Shown in pieces: positions 38,273-52,004 of a stretch of DNA of 64,000 bases. The notes under the pieces are model-generated. The model searched no databases. It was not told where the DNA came from and was given only the letters and a program-made list of their open reading frames with translations. A program made the translations under genes and the position numbers. The number at the start of each line of letters is the position of its first letter. The first letter of the stretch is position 1. The stretch comes from Macrostomum hystrix (Eukaryota; Animalia; Platyhelminthes): NCBI GenBank assembly GCA_950097015.1, contig CATNEN010000029.1, forward strand, positions 6,200,001 to 6,264,000, written 5' to 3'.

Positions 38273-38849
38273 TAGCTCCCTGGCTCCTTAATTATGACTA
38301 TTAGGGTCTAACCCTAACCTTAACCCTAACTCAAACCCTAATCTTATTAGATGCATTCTCTTTCGTCGTCACAGCATTATTTTACCGTTCGGTCCTTGAC
38401 ACTTGGCCAGTTAAATAAAAAAATCTTTATAATCAACACAGCAACGAGCTACAGAACTCGATGGTGTTCAAAAAACGCTGCGACAGACCGGGATAGAAAT
38501 GAAACTCGATACTGCACAATGGTCGATTCTCAAGCCTTCCGTTCCGTTAAGTTTCCCTTTTTCAAGCAGAGAAAAAACCTGGAGCCAGAAGGATAGATTG
38601 GGCGAGTACTTCTACAGCAAGGCAGGGGTGGCTGCTTACAAGTGCGCCGCAGTCGCGTGGAACAGAGAAGACTCCAAGCAGCTGACGGGGTCAACGCGAT
38701 GTCTTACACTTGTCACGCCATCTATTCTCCCATTTTCCCACGCAGACTTTGGTCTGGCAATGCGGCCAGAAACTCCTCACTGGACCGGAGAATTTCCTGC
38801 CCTTCTTCCTGAATAACTACTCAGTTCCCCAATCACCCAAACCCTGCTC

Positions 38850-39370
38850 CCATCCCTGCCTCATTCTCATTCTGAGGAGTTCGTCCTGGTTTGCATATCA
38901 CGTGGACGTATCGATCTCCCATTGGCGTGCTTTGTCTCTTATAATTCTTCTGAATTGAATCGTTACGAAATGAAGTCATAATTGAGACAATTATGAGGAG
39001 AAAGTGTGGGCTTCTATGAATGCTGCTGTCCCATTTACTTGCTCCCGTCTGACTGCTATCTCGAGTTCTTTGAGGTTGTTGGGGGGGGCTTAGCGACTGG
39101 GGGCCAGAGAGTTACATTTGGTTGCTATGGGAGGAGTTCTCAGCTGTGCTGTCTAGCACTCTGCTTAGGGGGCCAACTGTCAGTTAAGAAGCCCCTTAAG
39201 GCTCGTCTGACTGGCACAAGTATTACTTGGGCATATACAGACATTGACTTTTTCTGTTCAATTGTCTACTTCAACAGCAACACGCAATCTATGAGTTGAT
39301 CCTCACTAACGATTGTTGAGCACTGCCTTATCCCTGATTTTCTACTTCAAGCAAGCCAAGCAACCCTTGA
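38850..39370 (+). mobile_element. Possible decayed RTE-clade RT remnant in TRIM9 intron 5
   Basis: EFFEVVGGGLATG resembles FEIxxGVLQG. AYTDIDF...TQSM...VEH...FKQAK resembles YADD..Q..VE...NxxKT. Confidence 0.35.
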
Positions 39371-39589
39371 GTCTCGCTTTGACTGACACTTTTAATTCTT
39401 TAACAATGTGTTGTTCGGCTTAACTAGCAAATCGACATGCTCTCTTAAATATTTTTGAATATTAGCAGACTGAGGAAATCGTCGGTTTTTATTATAACTG
39501 ATGACGTAAATCGATTTTTAGAGTATAAAGGTTCCGCTCTCACTATGCACAGAGTAGACTCTTTTTAGTAACAATCGTCACCTAATATG

Positions 39590-39870
39590 TGCACCAATGA
39601 CGAAGATCTATTTTTAGAATTAAACGATTCTCTATGTGTACATAGAAAACTATTTTTAGTAACAATCCTCACCCTACGCGATTAAAATGTACGCCAATGA
39701 CTAACATCTATTTTTAGAATTAAACGATTCTCTATGTGTACATAGAAAACTTTTTTTAGTAACAATCCTCACCCTACGCGATTAAAATGTACGCCAATGA
39801 CTAATATATATATTTAGAATTAAACGATCCCTCTCTATGTGAACATAGAAAACTATTTTTAGTAGCGATC
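39590..39870. repeat. About 90-bp tandem repeat, 3 copies
   Basis: tttttagaattaaacgattctctatgtgtacatagaaaac recurs. Confidence 0.85.
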
Positions 39871-40025
39871 GTCACCCAACGCGATCAATATGCACGCAAA
39901 TTAGTCCGATCTAAGTTAAATTCATAGAGTGCGGACAGTAAAAAATCTAAAAAATATCTGAAACGCACTAATACATTACGGACTTCATGCTAAGCCAAAA
40001 TTAAACAAAGAGCCTCGAGCTTCAC

Positions 40026-40165
40026 CTTGAATCCGCCGCCTCGACCGTCGTCCATTTCCAGGGTGTAGCAGTCGGGCAGTGGCCCCGGCGCTGGGCCCCA
40101 GGCCACAGTGACGGTGTTGTTATCCGTGTGACACCGGTCCAAGATCAGGGCTGGCGGTGCGGGCA
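40026..40165 (-). CDS. TRIM9: TRIM9 exon 5 (FN3 N-half)
   Basis: ccgcag|[23 protein letters not shown]...[14 protein letters not shown]|gtgaag, 140 nt. Confidence 0.92.
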
Positions 40166-40869
40166 CTGCGGGTGGCGGATGTGGTAGCAGTTGTAAGTTT
40201 CTCATAAAATAAGATACAGAGATAAGAGATAACAGAGATAAGATACATTTAGAAGATACAGAAAAAATGTTTTTTTAAATATCCCCTCATAGTCTTTCTA
40301 CTGTTAATTGGAAAACGAAAAAGTTAAGATACTATCTTGTCAAGGTTGATTGAGGCAAAATAAAATTGGTTTCGAAGAGCTAGTTGAAACCAGTGCAGTC
40401 AATGGTGTAAAAGTGTGGATTATCAGAAACACATAATTTGCAACATTATTTTCTCTGAATAATCATTATTAACTCCAAATCCATAATTCCGATAAACATT
40501 TCTATCGCAAATAATGAATGGTGAAGCATTCAATAGCAAGTGACGTTTTCTGTTTAAATTATCTGGGCGAACTCAAAATATTAGAAAAGAAACATGATAC
40601 TGAAATAAGCGGATAACTCTAAGGTGCGGTCGGGAACAAAAAAGTTATTTTACAAAAAAATTATTTGCTGTGAAAAAAAAACAAAAAACCAAATAAATTA
40701 ATCTAGGCTAAACAACACTAATTACAGAGCAGAGTGGACCCGTTGAACAAACCTTGAATTTTTCGCACTGCAGACTCCGATCCTGTGTGTGACACTGCCA
40801 GTTCGTGAGGAATCACCAGTTAGTGATTTTGCTTTTTATTCATTTTCCTACCGACTGCACGTGCTGGGA

Positions 40870-41095
40870 GATCGGAGTGAGTTGGCTGAGGGGCGTGAGG
40901 TGGCTGGGAAATGTGGTGGCTAGGGAGTATGTTGGCTGGGGAGTGAAGTGGCTGGGGAGTGAGGTGGCTGGGGAGTGAGGTGGCTGAGGAGTGAAGGTGG
41001 CTGGGGAGTGAAGTGGCTGGGGAGGAAGGTGGACTAGGAGTGAGGGTGGCTGAGGAGTGAGGTGTTGAGAATTTTGGTTAGTGAGGTGGCTTTGG
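40870..41095. repeat. G-rich degenerate gaggtggctgggga repeat
   Basis: Direct reading. Related to the array at 41545-41700. Confidence 0.75.
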
Positions 41096-41309
41096 GGGAG
41101 TGTGGTGGTGAGTGGGGTATATTGACAGACGAACTTAAAGTGCCAATGGTGAGTCATAGATGAGTCATTGTGTCAGTATACGACGAGATTAGCAAGATTT
41201 GCACCGGCTCGTTATCCGTACTTTTTAATTATATAAGTGTTGCATTTGCACATAAAAAATACTAATGCCATGCAGACATGAAACCATTTTCTAATACTCT
41301 CTCTCTAAC

Positions 41310-41469
41310 CTTTGTGCTCCGTGAAAGTGAGGCTGTTAATAGCCACCAATACGGACTCCGTGTCCACTCGGATTTCGAATTCGTGGCTAACACGCGGTCG
41401 AGGCGGATCCACTTCTTTCTGAAGAGCTCGGTCTGCCCCGGCAACGCGGGACATTAGGGAGCTGGACAC
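41310..41469 (-). CDS. TRIM9: TRIM9 exon 4 (COS-box region)
   Basis: ttgcag|[11 protein letters not shown]...[30 protein letters not shown]|gttaga, 160 nt, phase 0/1. Confidence 0.88.
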
Positions 41470-41544
41470 CTGCAAGTAAAAATACGATCAAGGTTGAAGC
41501 GTTGAGCGCACAAAATCCTATGTATCAGCACAAAAATCCCATAA

Positions 41545-41700
41545 GTGAGGTGGCTGCGGAGTGAGGTGGCTGCGGAGTGAGGTGGCTGCGGAGTGAGGTG
41601 GCTGCGCGGAATGAGGTAGTCACGAATTGGGGTGGCTGCTGAGTGAGATGGCTGCGAAGTGAGGTGGCTGCAGTGCGAGGTGGCTACGGATTGGGGTGGC
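41545..41700. repeat. 16-bp repeat (gaggtggctgcggagt) in TRIM9 intron 3
   Basis: Direct reading. Confidence 0.85.
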
Positions 41701-41761
41701 TACGGAATGAAAGGCGCGTTGGTCAAACAAACTAGCTACCCATTTAAAAAAGGGAACTTAC

Positions 41762-41995
41762 CAATAGAAAAGCGGCCGGATCAGTCTCCTTTAGCATCTC
41801 CACGCAGAACTGCAGCAAGCTGGTTGTCTTGGCCAGCGTGGATGCGCAGCGGGTCGCCTGGTCGCGCGTGACGCGCAGTTTGTGCTCCCGCTCGGACTGC
41901 AGCTGGGCCAGCATGAGCTGCTTCTTGGCCAGCAGGGCTTCAACCAAGCTGTCGAACTGTTCGCTGATTTTATTAGACAGTGCATCGCAACTGGC
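41762..41995 (-). CDS. TRIM9: TRIM9 exon 3 (coiled-coil)
   Basis: ttgcag|ASCDALSNKISEQFDSLVEALLAKKQLMLAQLQSEREHKL...LQFCVEMLKETDPAAFLL|gtaagt, 234 nt. Confidence 0.92.
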
Positions 41996-42019
41996 CTGCA
42001 ATTGGATATTTAAAAATGC

Positions 42020-42303
42020 GACAATCTGACCCTAGACAATCTGACCCTAGACAATCTGACCCTAGACAATCTGACCCTAGACAATCTGACCCTAGACAAT
42101 CTGACCCTAGACAATCTGACCCTAGACAATCTGACCCTAGACAATCTGACCCTAGACAATCTGACCCTAGACAATCTGACCCTAGACAATCTGACCCTAG
42201 ACAATCTGACCCTAGACAATCTGACCCTAGACAATCTGACCCTAGACAATCTGACCCTAGACAATCTGACCCTAGACAATCTGACCCTAGACAATCTGAC
42301 CCC
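42020..42303. repeat. 15-bp perfect array (acaatctgaccctag)
   Basis: About 19 copies, about 25 nt from the TRIM9 exon 3 acceptor. Confidence 0.97.
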
Positions 42304-43324
42304 TAAGAATTCTCCAAAATTAAGGTTTTGCACACTGATAAGCGGTGAACTTAACGTTTCGTTCAGGTAGGGATGGAGTTAATTTACGAGCAGCGTAACT
42401 ATGGGTAGTTAATACTCGTAGCATCTAGCATTGGCTTTGCCAATGATCTTTATCTTGGCGGACCGGTTCTAATTCCAGTATTTACTAGATAAACAAACTG
42501 AATAATATTAGTTGATCAAATTTATTGATAGCATCGCCTGATCTCCTTGGTGCGAACTGTGCGGCTCAAAATATCGCCAGTTTGAGGTCAACTGTAGGGT
42601 GATTACCCTAACGATAATAGGGTGAAGCTTAGCCAGATCCTTAGAATTCTTGAGATCTCTTCCGATTTGTGTCAGTGCCAGAAAAAAATTGAGAATGAAG
42701 GGACAGGCAAGAGCGAGAGAAGGTACACTAGCTAGGCTGCTCAATGTCTTACACTTCATTTTTCCCCATCCTCAAAGTTTCCCAGCTTTCCCAGTCTTTC
42801 CTCTGCCTCGCCATTCCTCTCAATGCGGGGAAGCAAAGTAAGTGCAGCTAACACTGAGAGAAATATTTTGAGAATGAAGCGTTTAGGGCGAGAACAGACG
42901 TCATTCTAACTGGCTGCTAAAAATGAGGCTTTTTTCCTCTAGCTGAGGCGAGCAGTTGAAGTGGAAGGACTGGTTGGAGACGTAGGGAGAAGGGCGTGCA
43001 ATGAAGAGGAGATCTAAAAAAACACATTTTTGTTTTTTTTACCGTGGCAGAGGAGTGGAAGCGGATTTGCTGGTTCTCGCACCCGCTAGATGGGATCGCT
43101 AATGCATTTCTTTGCAAAAGTACATCGGCATTAACTCAATAAAATTCTCAAGAATACCTGAACAACTCATTAAGCAACTATAAAGTGCCGGTGAATTTTC
43201 GCTGAACTCCTCAATAAGTATTTCACGTCTTGTGGAATATTTCAGCAGTTTTATAAAATTCTCACAGAGTCCCTAAACAATATGATCATCCCACGAAATC
43301 CATCAAGGGGTTTATATAAAGTCT

Positions 43325-45700
43325 CATAATATTCCTCAAGAATTCATTAAAAATCCCATAATATTCCTCAAGAATTCATTAGAAATCCCATAATATTCCT
43401 CAAGAATTCATTAGAAATCCCATAATATTCCTCAAGAATTCATTAGAAATCCCATAATATTCCTCAAGAATTCATTAGAAATCCCATAATATTCCTCAAG
43501 AATTCATTAGAAATCCCATAATATTCCTCAAGAATTCATTAGAAATCCCATAATATTCCTCAAGAATTCATTAGAAATCCCATAATATTCCTCAAGAATT
43601 CATTAGAAATCCCATAATATTCCTCAAGAATTCATTAGAAATCCCATAATATTCCTCAAGAATTCATTAGAAATCCCATAATATTCCTCAAGAATTCATT
43701 AGAAATCCCATAATATTCCTCAAGAATTCATTAGAAATCCCATAATATTCCTCAAGAATTCATTAGAAATCCCATAGAATCCTTTGAGAATTTATTAGAA
43801 ACCCCATAGACTGCTCAAGAATTCGTTCGAAATCCCATAATATTCCTCAAGAATTCATTAGAAATCCCATAATATTCCTCAAGAATTCATTAAAAATCCC
43901 ATAATATTCCTCAAGAATTCATTAAAAATCCCATAATATTCCTCAAGAATTCATTAGAAATCCCATAATATTCCTCAAGAATTCATTAGAAATCCCATAA
44001 TATTCCTCAAGAATTCATTAGAAATCCCATAATATTCCTCAAGAATTCATTAGAAATCCCATAATATTCCTCAAGAATTCATTAAAAATCCCATAATATT
44101 CCTCAAGAATTCATTAGAAATCCCATAATATTCCTCAAGAATTCATTAGAAATCCCATAATATTCCTCAAGAATTCATTAGAAATCCCATAATATTCCTC
44201 AAGAATTCATTAAAAATCCCATAATATTCCTCAAGAATTCATTAAAAATCCCATAATATTCCTCAAGAATTCATTAAAAATCCCATAATATTCCTCAAGA
44301 ATTCATTAGAAATCCCATAATATTCCTCAAGAATTCATTAGAAATCCCATAATATTCCTCAAGAATTCATTAGAAATCCCATAATATTCCTCAAGAATTC
44401 ATTAGAAATCCCATAATATTCCTCAAGAATTCATTAGAAATCCCATAATATTCCTCAAGAATTCATTAGAAATCCCATAATATTCCTCAAGAATTCATTA
44501 AAAATCCCATAATATTCCTCAAGAATTCATTAAAAATCCCATAATATTCCTCAAGAATTCATTAAAAATCCCATAATATTCCTCAAGAATTCATTAAAAA
44601 TCCCATAATATTCCTCAAGAATTCATTAGAAATCCCATAATATTCCTCAAGAATTCATTAGAAATCCCATAATATTCCTCAAGAATTCATTAAAAATCCC
44701 ATAATATTCCTCAAGAATTCATTAAAAATCCCATAATATTCCTCAAGAATTCATTAGAAATCCCATAATATTCCTCAAGAATTCATTAGAAATCCCATAA
44801 TATTCCTCAAGAATTCATTAGAAATCCCATAATATTCCTCAAGAATTCATTAGAAATCCCATAATATTCCTCAAGAATTCATTAGAAATCCCATAATATT
44901 CCTCAAGAATTCGTTCGAAATCCCATAGACTGCTCAATAATTTATTAGAAATCTCAGTGCAATATAACTGCTCAAGAATTCATTAAAAATCCCATAATAT
45001 TCCTCAAGAATTCATTAGAAATCCCATAATATTCCTCAAGAATTCATTAGAAATCCCATAATATTCCTCAAGAATTCATTAGAAATCCCATAATATTCCT
45101 CAAGAATTCATTAGAAATCCCATAATATTCCTCAAGAATTCATTAGAAATCCCATAATATTCCTCAAGAATTCATTAAAAATCCCATAATATTCCTCAAG
45201 AATTCATTAAAAATCCCATAATATTCCTCAAGAATTCATTAAAAATCCCATAATATTCCTCAAGAATTCATTAGAAATCCCATAATATTCCTCAAGAATT
45301 CATTAAAAATCCCATAATATTCCTCAAGAATTCATTAAAAATCCCATAATATTCCTCAAGAATTCATTAGAAATCCCATAATATTCCTCAAGAATTCATT
45401 AGAAATCCCATAATATTCCTCAAGAATTCATTAGAAATCCCATAATATTCCTCAAGAATTCATTAAAAATCCCATAATATTCCTCAAGAATTCATTAAAA
45501 ATCCCATAATATTCCTCAAGAATTCATTAAAAATCCCATAATATTCCTCAAGAATTCATTAGAAATCCCATAATATTCCTCAAGTATTCATTAAAAATCC
45601 CATAATATTCCTCAAGAATTCGTTCGAAATCCCATAGACTGCTCAATAATTTATTAGAAATCTCAGTGCAATATAACTGCTCAAGAATTCATTAGAAATC
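43325..45700. repeat. 32-bp AT-rich array (aatcccataatattcctcaagaattcattaga)
   Basis: About 73 copies, reaching to about 17 nt from the TRIM9 exon 2 donor. Confidence 0.97.
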
Positions 45701-45717
45701 CGAAGATGCAAACTCAC

Positions 45718-45813
45718 CCGTATTTTGTCCGGACCTGATTTCAGCTGCTGGTGGAACTCGGAACCGGCCTTGGCCTTCTCTGACAAAGACTGCAGCACAA
45801 TCGACAGCTCGGT
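45718..45813 (-). CDS. TRIM9: TRIM9 exon 2 (coiled-coil start; not in supplied ORF track)
   Basis: ccgcag|TELSIVLQSLSEKAKAGSEFHQQLKSGPDKIR|gtgagt, 96 nt, phase 0/0. Resembles TRIM9 SQLSQALNGLSDRAKEAKEF. Confidence 0.9.
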
Positions 45814-45883
45814 CTGCGGTTTTTTTGTGTTTTGGAGGCGAATGTTGATTAAAAAAACGCGATTCCAAGAAAGGATTAGCCTA

Positions 45884-46103
45884 GAATGACAGGTAAGATT
45901 GGGAGAATGACAGGTAAGATTGGGAGAATGACAGGTAAGATTGGGAGAATGACGGGTAAGATTGGGAGAATGACAGGTAAGATTGGGAGAATGACAGGTA
46001 AGATTGGGAGAATGACAGGTAAGATTGGGAGAATGACGGGTAAGATTGGGAGAATGACAGGTAAGATTGGGAGAATGACAGGTAAGATTGGGAGATTGAC
46101 AGG
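45884..46103. repeat. 21-bp array (gaatgacaggtaagattggga)
   Basis: About 10 copies. Confidence 0.95.
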
Positions 46104-46807
46104 TGCTGTTGGAGAATTAATAACGTTTCGATACAAATAACCCTTTCATTGAAATTCCAATATGACTGCTAATATGGGGCAAAAAGTGTTAAAAAGCGGG
46201 TCTATAATCTCTATATATTTATATAATTTTCTAAACGGCGGATAAAACAAAGACCTCCCTGAGAGGGAGGAAAGGAGTGAATGAAAAAAGTATAAATAGA
46301 GTCTTGAGTTGTCCTCGCACAAAGACTCGAAGGGGGGTGAGTCGAAACACTTCATCCACAATGGGAAGAATTGGGATAGATCCACATAATTGGGTGATTG
46401 TAAGTTGGAACCCGCACACCTGTGCTCACACACCATTCAGTTCTCTGTTTTACCGACATGAGAATAACGACCAAAACTTTGGGGGGTGGAATATTTCCAA
46501 TTTGAATAAAACAATGCCATGCCACCCTCGAGCTCACACCTCACAGCTCAAACACTCCCGCATTTGTCTTTTGTCTGGGTCGCCCACTTCGACAAGCTGC
46601 CAAATATGCAGCCCCCTGCCGGCCTGTCGTATCCTCTTTCATCCCCTTCCCTTCCCTACTTCCCGGGATGCTTCACGACTTTTTTCTTCCTCTAGAAGCG
46701 CAACTTTTCCCCTTTTTTTTGCTTCTGTGCTTGGTGGCTTTTGAAATGATCCTGGATGACTGGAACTACAGCTATGTGGTCAGCTCATGAAAGTCGATGA
46801 TTCTAAA

Positions 46808-47045
46808 AAGCGGCAAAATGACAGGTCTATAAAAATGACAGAGAGGTCTATAAAAATGGCAGACAGGTCTATAAAAATGGCAGACAGGTCTATAAAAATG
46901 ACAGAGAGGTCTATAAAAATGGCAGAGAGGTCTATAAAAATGGCAGAGAGGTCTATAAAAATGGCAGAGAGGTCTATAAAAATGGCAGAGAGGTCTATAA
47001 AAATGGCAGAGAGGTCTATAAAAATGACAGAGAGGTCCATAAAAA
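46808..47045. repeat. 21-bp array (aaaatggcagagaggtctata)
   Basis: About 11 copies. Confidence 0.93.
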
Positions 47046-47202
47046 TGTTTTGATGAATGTCAATTACATTCCAACGATAAAATTTATGAATGAAGTCTTC
47101 AAGAAATCGAGATCCATAGTTTCTATTCTTTTCTATTGCATTTAGGACCTAGAATAGGCAAGTGTCCATGAACTAGACACAATTTCTTATAGCTTCTGTC
47201 TA

Positions 47203-47272
47203 CAGTCCGCGGACTGAACAGCAATACACAGACCGCATTTGGCAGTGCCACGCAATAGCAGCGGCTGTGCTT
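47203..47272 (+). mobile_element. SINE 3' fragment
   Basis: cagtccgcggactgaacag...gcaatagcagcggctgtgct parallels 6988-7052. Confidence 0.55.
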
Positions 47273-48134
47273 CTGAAAGAAACTTCTATCTCAACATATT
47301 TTTCTTACTTCATCAAGTAAAAGTGCATGAGAAGTAAAAATTGCCATCACTAGCTGATAGGCCTAAGCTACAATGAGATCCTAATCTGTGCAACAAAATC
47401 TTTGCGGCAATTTTTTTTGGATAGAAAAAAAGGACATCGATTGCAGCTGGACAAGATAATTGCTGTATAGAATGCTGCAAACTTTTGAGACGGGTATGAG
47501 TCACACCAGCCGGAGAGAAATGAGCTGCTCCTATACGATATCATAGCCTATTGGCGGTGAATAATTCATTTTATTTGTGTGTGCGCGTGTGTGTTCTGCT
47601 TTCGCGATAAGCCGCATAATTATGTTTCCGGGTCTGATGTTTTTGTGTGGGTGTGTGTGGGTCTGTGTATTCCTAGAAACACTGCGCCTAGTTCTCAGAC
47701 ATTGTCCATATGCAATGCAACATCGAGCAACAAAAAAGGTTTCCTATTTTTATCATCATTTCTTCGCTCTCCTTCTTCTTGTGCAGGATTTTTTGTCAGC
47801 AGAAAAAAAGTGAAAAACATATTTTTCGACTGTCCGCAAATTTTATATGGCAATAAATATTATTCCGTAAATTCATAAATGAGGATGACTCACAAGGTAA
47901 TCAAGGGATTTTTTAGCATCGGCGCGAGTGTAATAATCCTTAATTGTTTTTTGTCACTGTTCATTAACAAATAATAATTAATTAGTTCACAATCACTGTT
48001 TGTTAATTTACTTTGTCATTGATTGAACAATTAATCCGTTCGCTTATTAATCAGAAATAATCTTTTACATGCATTCATGACCTGACACATTAAATGATCC
48101 CTTTGACTGATCTGCAAATCATTCTACCAACACA

Positions 48135-48436
48135 ATCTGCAAATCAATCTACCAAACAAATCTACCAAACCAATCTACCAAACCAGTCTACCAAACCAAT
48201 CTACCAAACCAATCTACCAAACCAATCTACCAAACCAATCTACCAAACCAATCTACCAAACCAATCTACCAAACCAATCTACCAAACCAATCTACCAAAC
48301 CAATCTACCAAACCAATCTACCAAACCAATCTACCAAACCAATCTACCAAACCAATCTACCAAACCAATCTACCAAACCAATCTACCAAACCAATCTACC
48401 AAACCAATCTACCAAACCAATCTACCAAACCAATCT
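48135..48436. repeat. 13-bp array (accaaaccaatct)
   Basis: About 22 copies. Confidence 0.95.
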
Positions 48437-49194
48437 GGAAAAAGACTGATTGCTTACATACTGGTAGCGGCTGCAGTAACAAAATTCGGAAATAAAAAGA
48501 TCTGGCACGACCCGTGAACCGTGAGTGTGTAAACATGTATGTGCGTGTGTACGCTTGTGCCTGTATCCGTGTACTCAAGCTAAAACTTTGTCTCAAGTTC
48601 GTGACAAATTCCAAATAGAGGGATTGAAAAAACGGGGCCTCCAAAATATCAGCAATCTATAAGGACCTCTAAATGTAGCATCTGTACTGGAATCTTTCCC
48701 ACTCAGAAATCCTTGCAAGGCTATTGAACTGACTGCCGGTTGGCCAGCAGATTTATGACCCAGAAATTATCCAGTTCGGTACTGAACTCAGAAAGTGTTT
48801 CTAGGGCTGATAAATTGCAGGCTAGTGAAGTTGGCGCATTGTATCCAATATAACATGTTGCTTTGCCTGTGTTCCTGCTGCACTCCGATATATATTTGTG
48901 TGTGTGTGTACTTGTTGATTAGAAAATCTGATGACAGAAATGAAACAGAGCAGTGAAGGAAAAAATATCGTCGCCTGGAAGCAATTTAGCAAGGACATTG
49001 TAGCTAACAAGCTGCTATAGCTGTGTATTCAATAATAGCTACAGCATGAGAAATATCAAATATCAAGCTGGAACATTTGCTTTTAAAATGCTAAGAAGGC
49101 TTGCGCTGGACACGACTGAAGCTAAAATAGCATTCATCTGCCAATGATGCTTAAAACAATATCATCTACTTCCGACACCCTTATGTTATCAACC

Positions 49195-50830
49195 CATCTA
49201 CTGACACTCCATCAGGAATCTACTGACACTCCATCAGGCATCTACTGACACTCCATCAGGCATCTACTGACACTCCATCAAGCATCTACTGACACTCCAT
49301 CAGGCATCTACTGACACTCCATCAGGCATCTACTGACACTCCATCAAGCATCTACTGACACTCCACCAGGAATCTACTGACACTCCATCAGGAATCTACT
49401 GACACTCCATCAGGAATCTACTGACACTCCATCAGGAATCTACTGACACTCCATCAGGAATCTACTGACACTCCATCAGGAATCTACTGACACTCCATCA
49501 GGAATCTACTGACACTCCATCAGGCATCTACTGACACTCCATCAAGCATCTATTGACACTCCATCAGGAATCTACTGACACTCCATCAGGCATCTACTGA
49601 CACTCCATCAGGCATCTACTGACACTCCATCAAGCATCTATTGACACTCCATCAGGAATCTACTGACACTCCATCAGGCATCTATTGACACTCCATCAGG
49701 AATCTACTGACACTCCATCAGGAATCTACTGACACTCCATCAGGCATCTACTGACACTCCATCAAGCATCTATTGACACTCCATCAGGAATCTACTGACA
49801 CTCCATCAGGAATCTACTGACACTCCATCAGGCATCTACTGACACTCCATCAGGCATCTACTGACACTCCATCAGGCATCTACTGACACTCCATCAAGCA
49901 TCTACTGACACTCCATCAGGAATCTACTGACACTCCATCAGGCATCTATTGACACTCCATCAGGAATCTACTGACACTCCATCAGGAATCTACTGACACT
50001 CCATCAGGAATCTACTGACACTCATCAGGCATCTACTGACACTCCATCAAGCATCTATTGACACTCCATCAGGAATCTACTGACACTCCATCAGGCATCT
50101 ACTGACACTCCATCAAGCATCTATTGACACTCCATCAGGAATCTACTGACACTCCATCAGGCATCTACTGACACTCCATCAAGCATCTACTGACACTCCA
50201 TCAAGCATCTATTGACACTCCATCAGGAATCTACTGACACTCCATCAGGCATCTATTGACACTCCATCAGGAATCTACTGACACTCCATCAGGAATCTAC
50301 TGACACTCCATCAGGAATCTACTGACACTGATCAGGCCTCTACTGACACTCCATCAAGCATCTATTGACACTCCATCAGGAATCTACTGACACTCCATCA
50401 GGCATCTACTGACACTCCATCAGGCATCTACTGACACTCCATCAAGCATCTACTGACACTCCATCAGGCATCTACTGACACTCCATCAGGCATCTACTGA
50501 CACTCCATCAAGCATCTACTGACACTCCACCAGGAATCTACTGACACTCCATCAGGAATCTACTGACACTCCATCAGGCATCTACTGACACTCCATCAGG
50601 AATCTACTGACACTCCATCAGGAATCTACTGACACTCCATCAGGAATCTACTGACACTCCATCAGGAATCTACTGACACTCCATCAGGCATCTACTGACA
50701 CTCCATCAGGCATCTACTGACACTCCATCAGGCATCTACTGACACTCCATCAGGCATCTACTGACACTCCATCAGGCATCTACTGACACTCAATCAGGAA
50801 TCTACTGACACTCCATCAGGCATCTACTGA
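49195..50830. repeat. 22-bp array (tctactgacactccatcaggaa)
   Basis: About 74 copies. Confidence 0.97.
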
Positions 50831-52004
50831 CAACATTCGGCTACAATATAACTGACACCAGAAATTTAGCTGAAGTCATGATATATTAATCAGCTTATCA
50901 TGATTGCTGATACCATGCAGTGGACTTACTGACACTATAAGGTTATTGTGCTGACAAATATTATGTGCAGTGACACAACTATAAGCTTGGACATTGTCTG
51001 ACCCAGCAGAAAACTGACACTTAAACTACCGCCCCAGTGGTACAGTGACTGTCTTCCGTAAGAAAGCTGCATGTTATGTTCTCAGAACAATATATATATG
51101 CAAATTTCTGCCTCCTGTGAGCTGTTCTCAGGCTATGCAAACTTAGACAGCAAATTGAATGATCGCCGCACATTAAAACACTTCTCCATTGCCAAAGTCA
51201 ACAAGCCCCGACACTTACTCAAATAGATGTTGGCTTCAAAGGGTTCCAGGGTTTTAAAAAAAGCGACATTGTTTTCCCTAAGATTGTCTTCGGCGCCATT
51301 TTGTCTGGCTACTCCCCAATGGGTGTTATATGCTGCTGCTGCTGCTGCTGCTGCTGCTTGTAAAACTGACTGCCTCAAACCTACCCACAACCCCATTCCC
51401 CAATTTAAAATGAATGCTGGAGGTGTGCGCTGGAATCACGAATATTAAATTAAATTGCCAAGGAAGGCTTTTGTCACCCTTAGTTGGCCAGTTTAGTTAC
51501 TATGCGGCACCTAAGCCAATCGAATCGCAATGGCCACCCGCACGCCAGTTAAATGGGTAGATTTAAGAGTGAGAACTGGAACCAGCTGAAACAATAGGCT
51601 TTATTGAGCAATATCCATATATTATAATTCTTGCAATGTGGAAATTTGGACTGCGGCGGAACGGAGAGAGGGTGAGAATTGTAAACAACTGCTCAGCTCA
51701 GCAGTGCCCCCGTGAACTCAAGGCTAAAACTAAATCCTTCAATTGAGCTCGTTAGCGCGCTATTGAGCTGTAAAACTGCAACAACCCTCTTACAGCTCTG
51801 AGCTGGATTAGAATAAGCTTTTGAAAGCTTGCTGATTTGACCTGCGTTGTAAAATAATTCTAACGGTTTGAGCCAAGATGGGGCTATAAACTTTATCCAA
51901 GTGCGAAACAATTTGACAGCTATTTATTTTAGCAGAAAGGAGAAGTAATTAATTAATCTGGGGTTCGAAAACTCCGGCCCTAGGTCCCTAGCCGTGTCTA
52001 ATCT

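Noticed and set aside
6277-47045. Apparent enrichment of AG|GT splice-like words in repeat units
   Set aside because: About 6 of 30 arrays contain AGGT on either strand. About 5 are expected by chance for units of about 23 bp.
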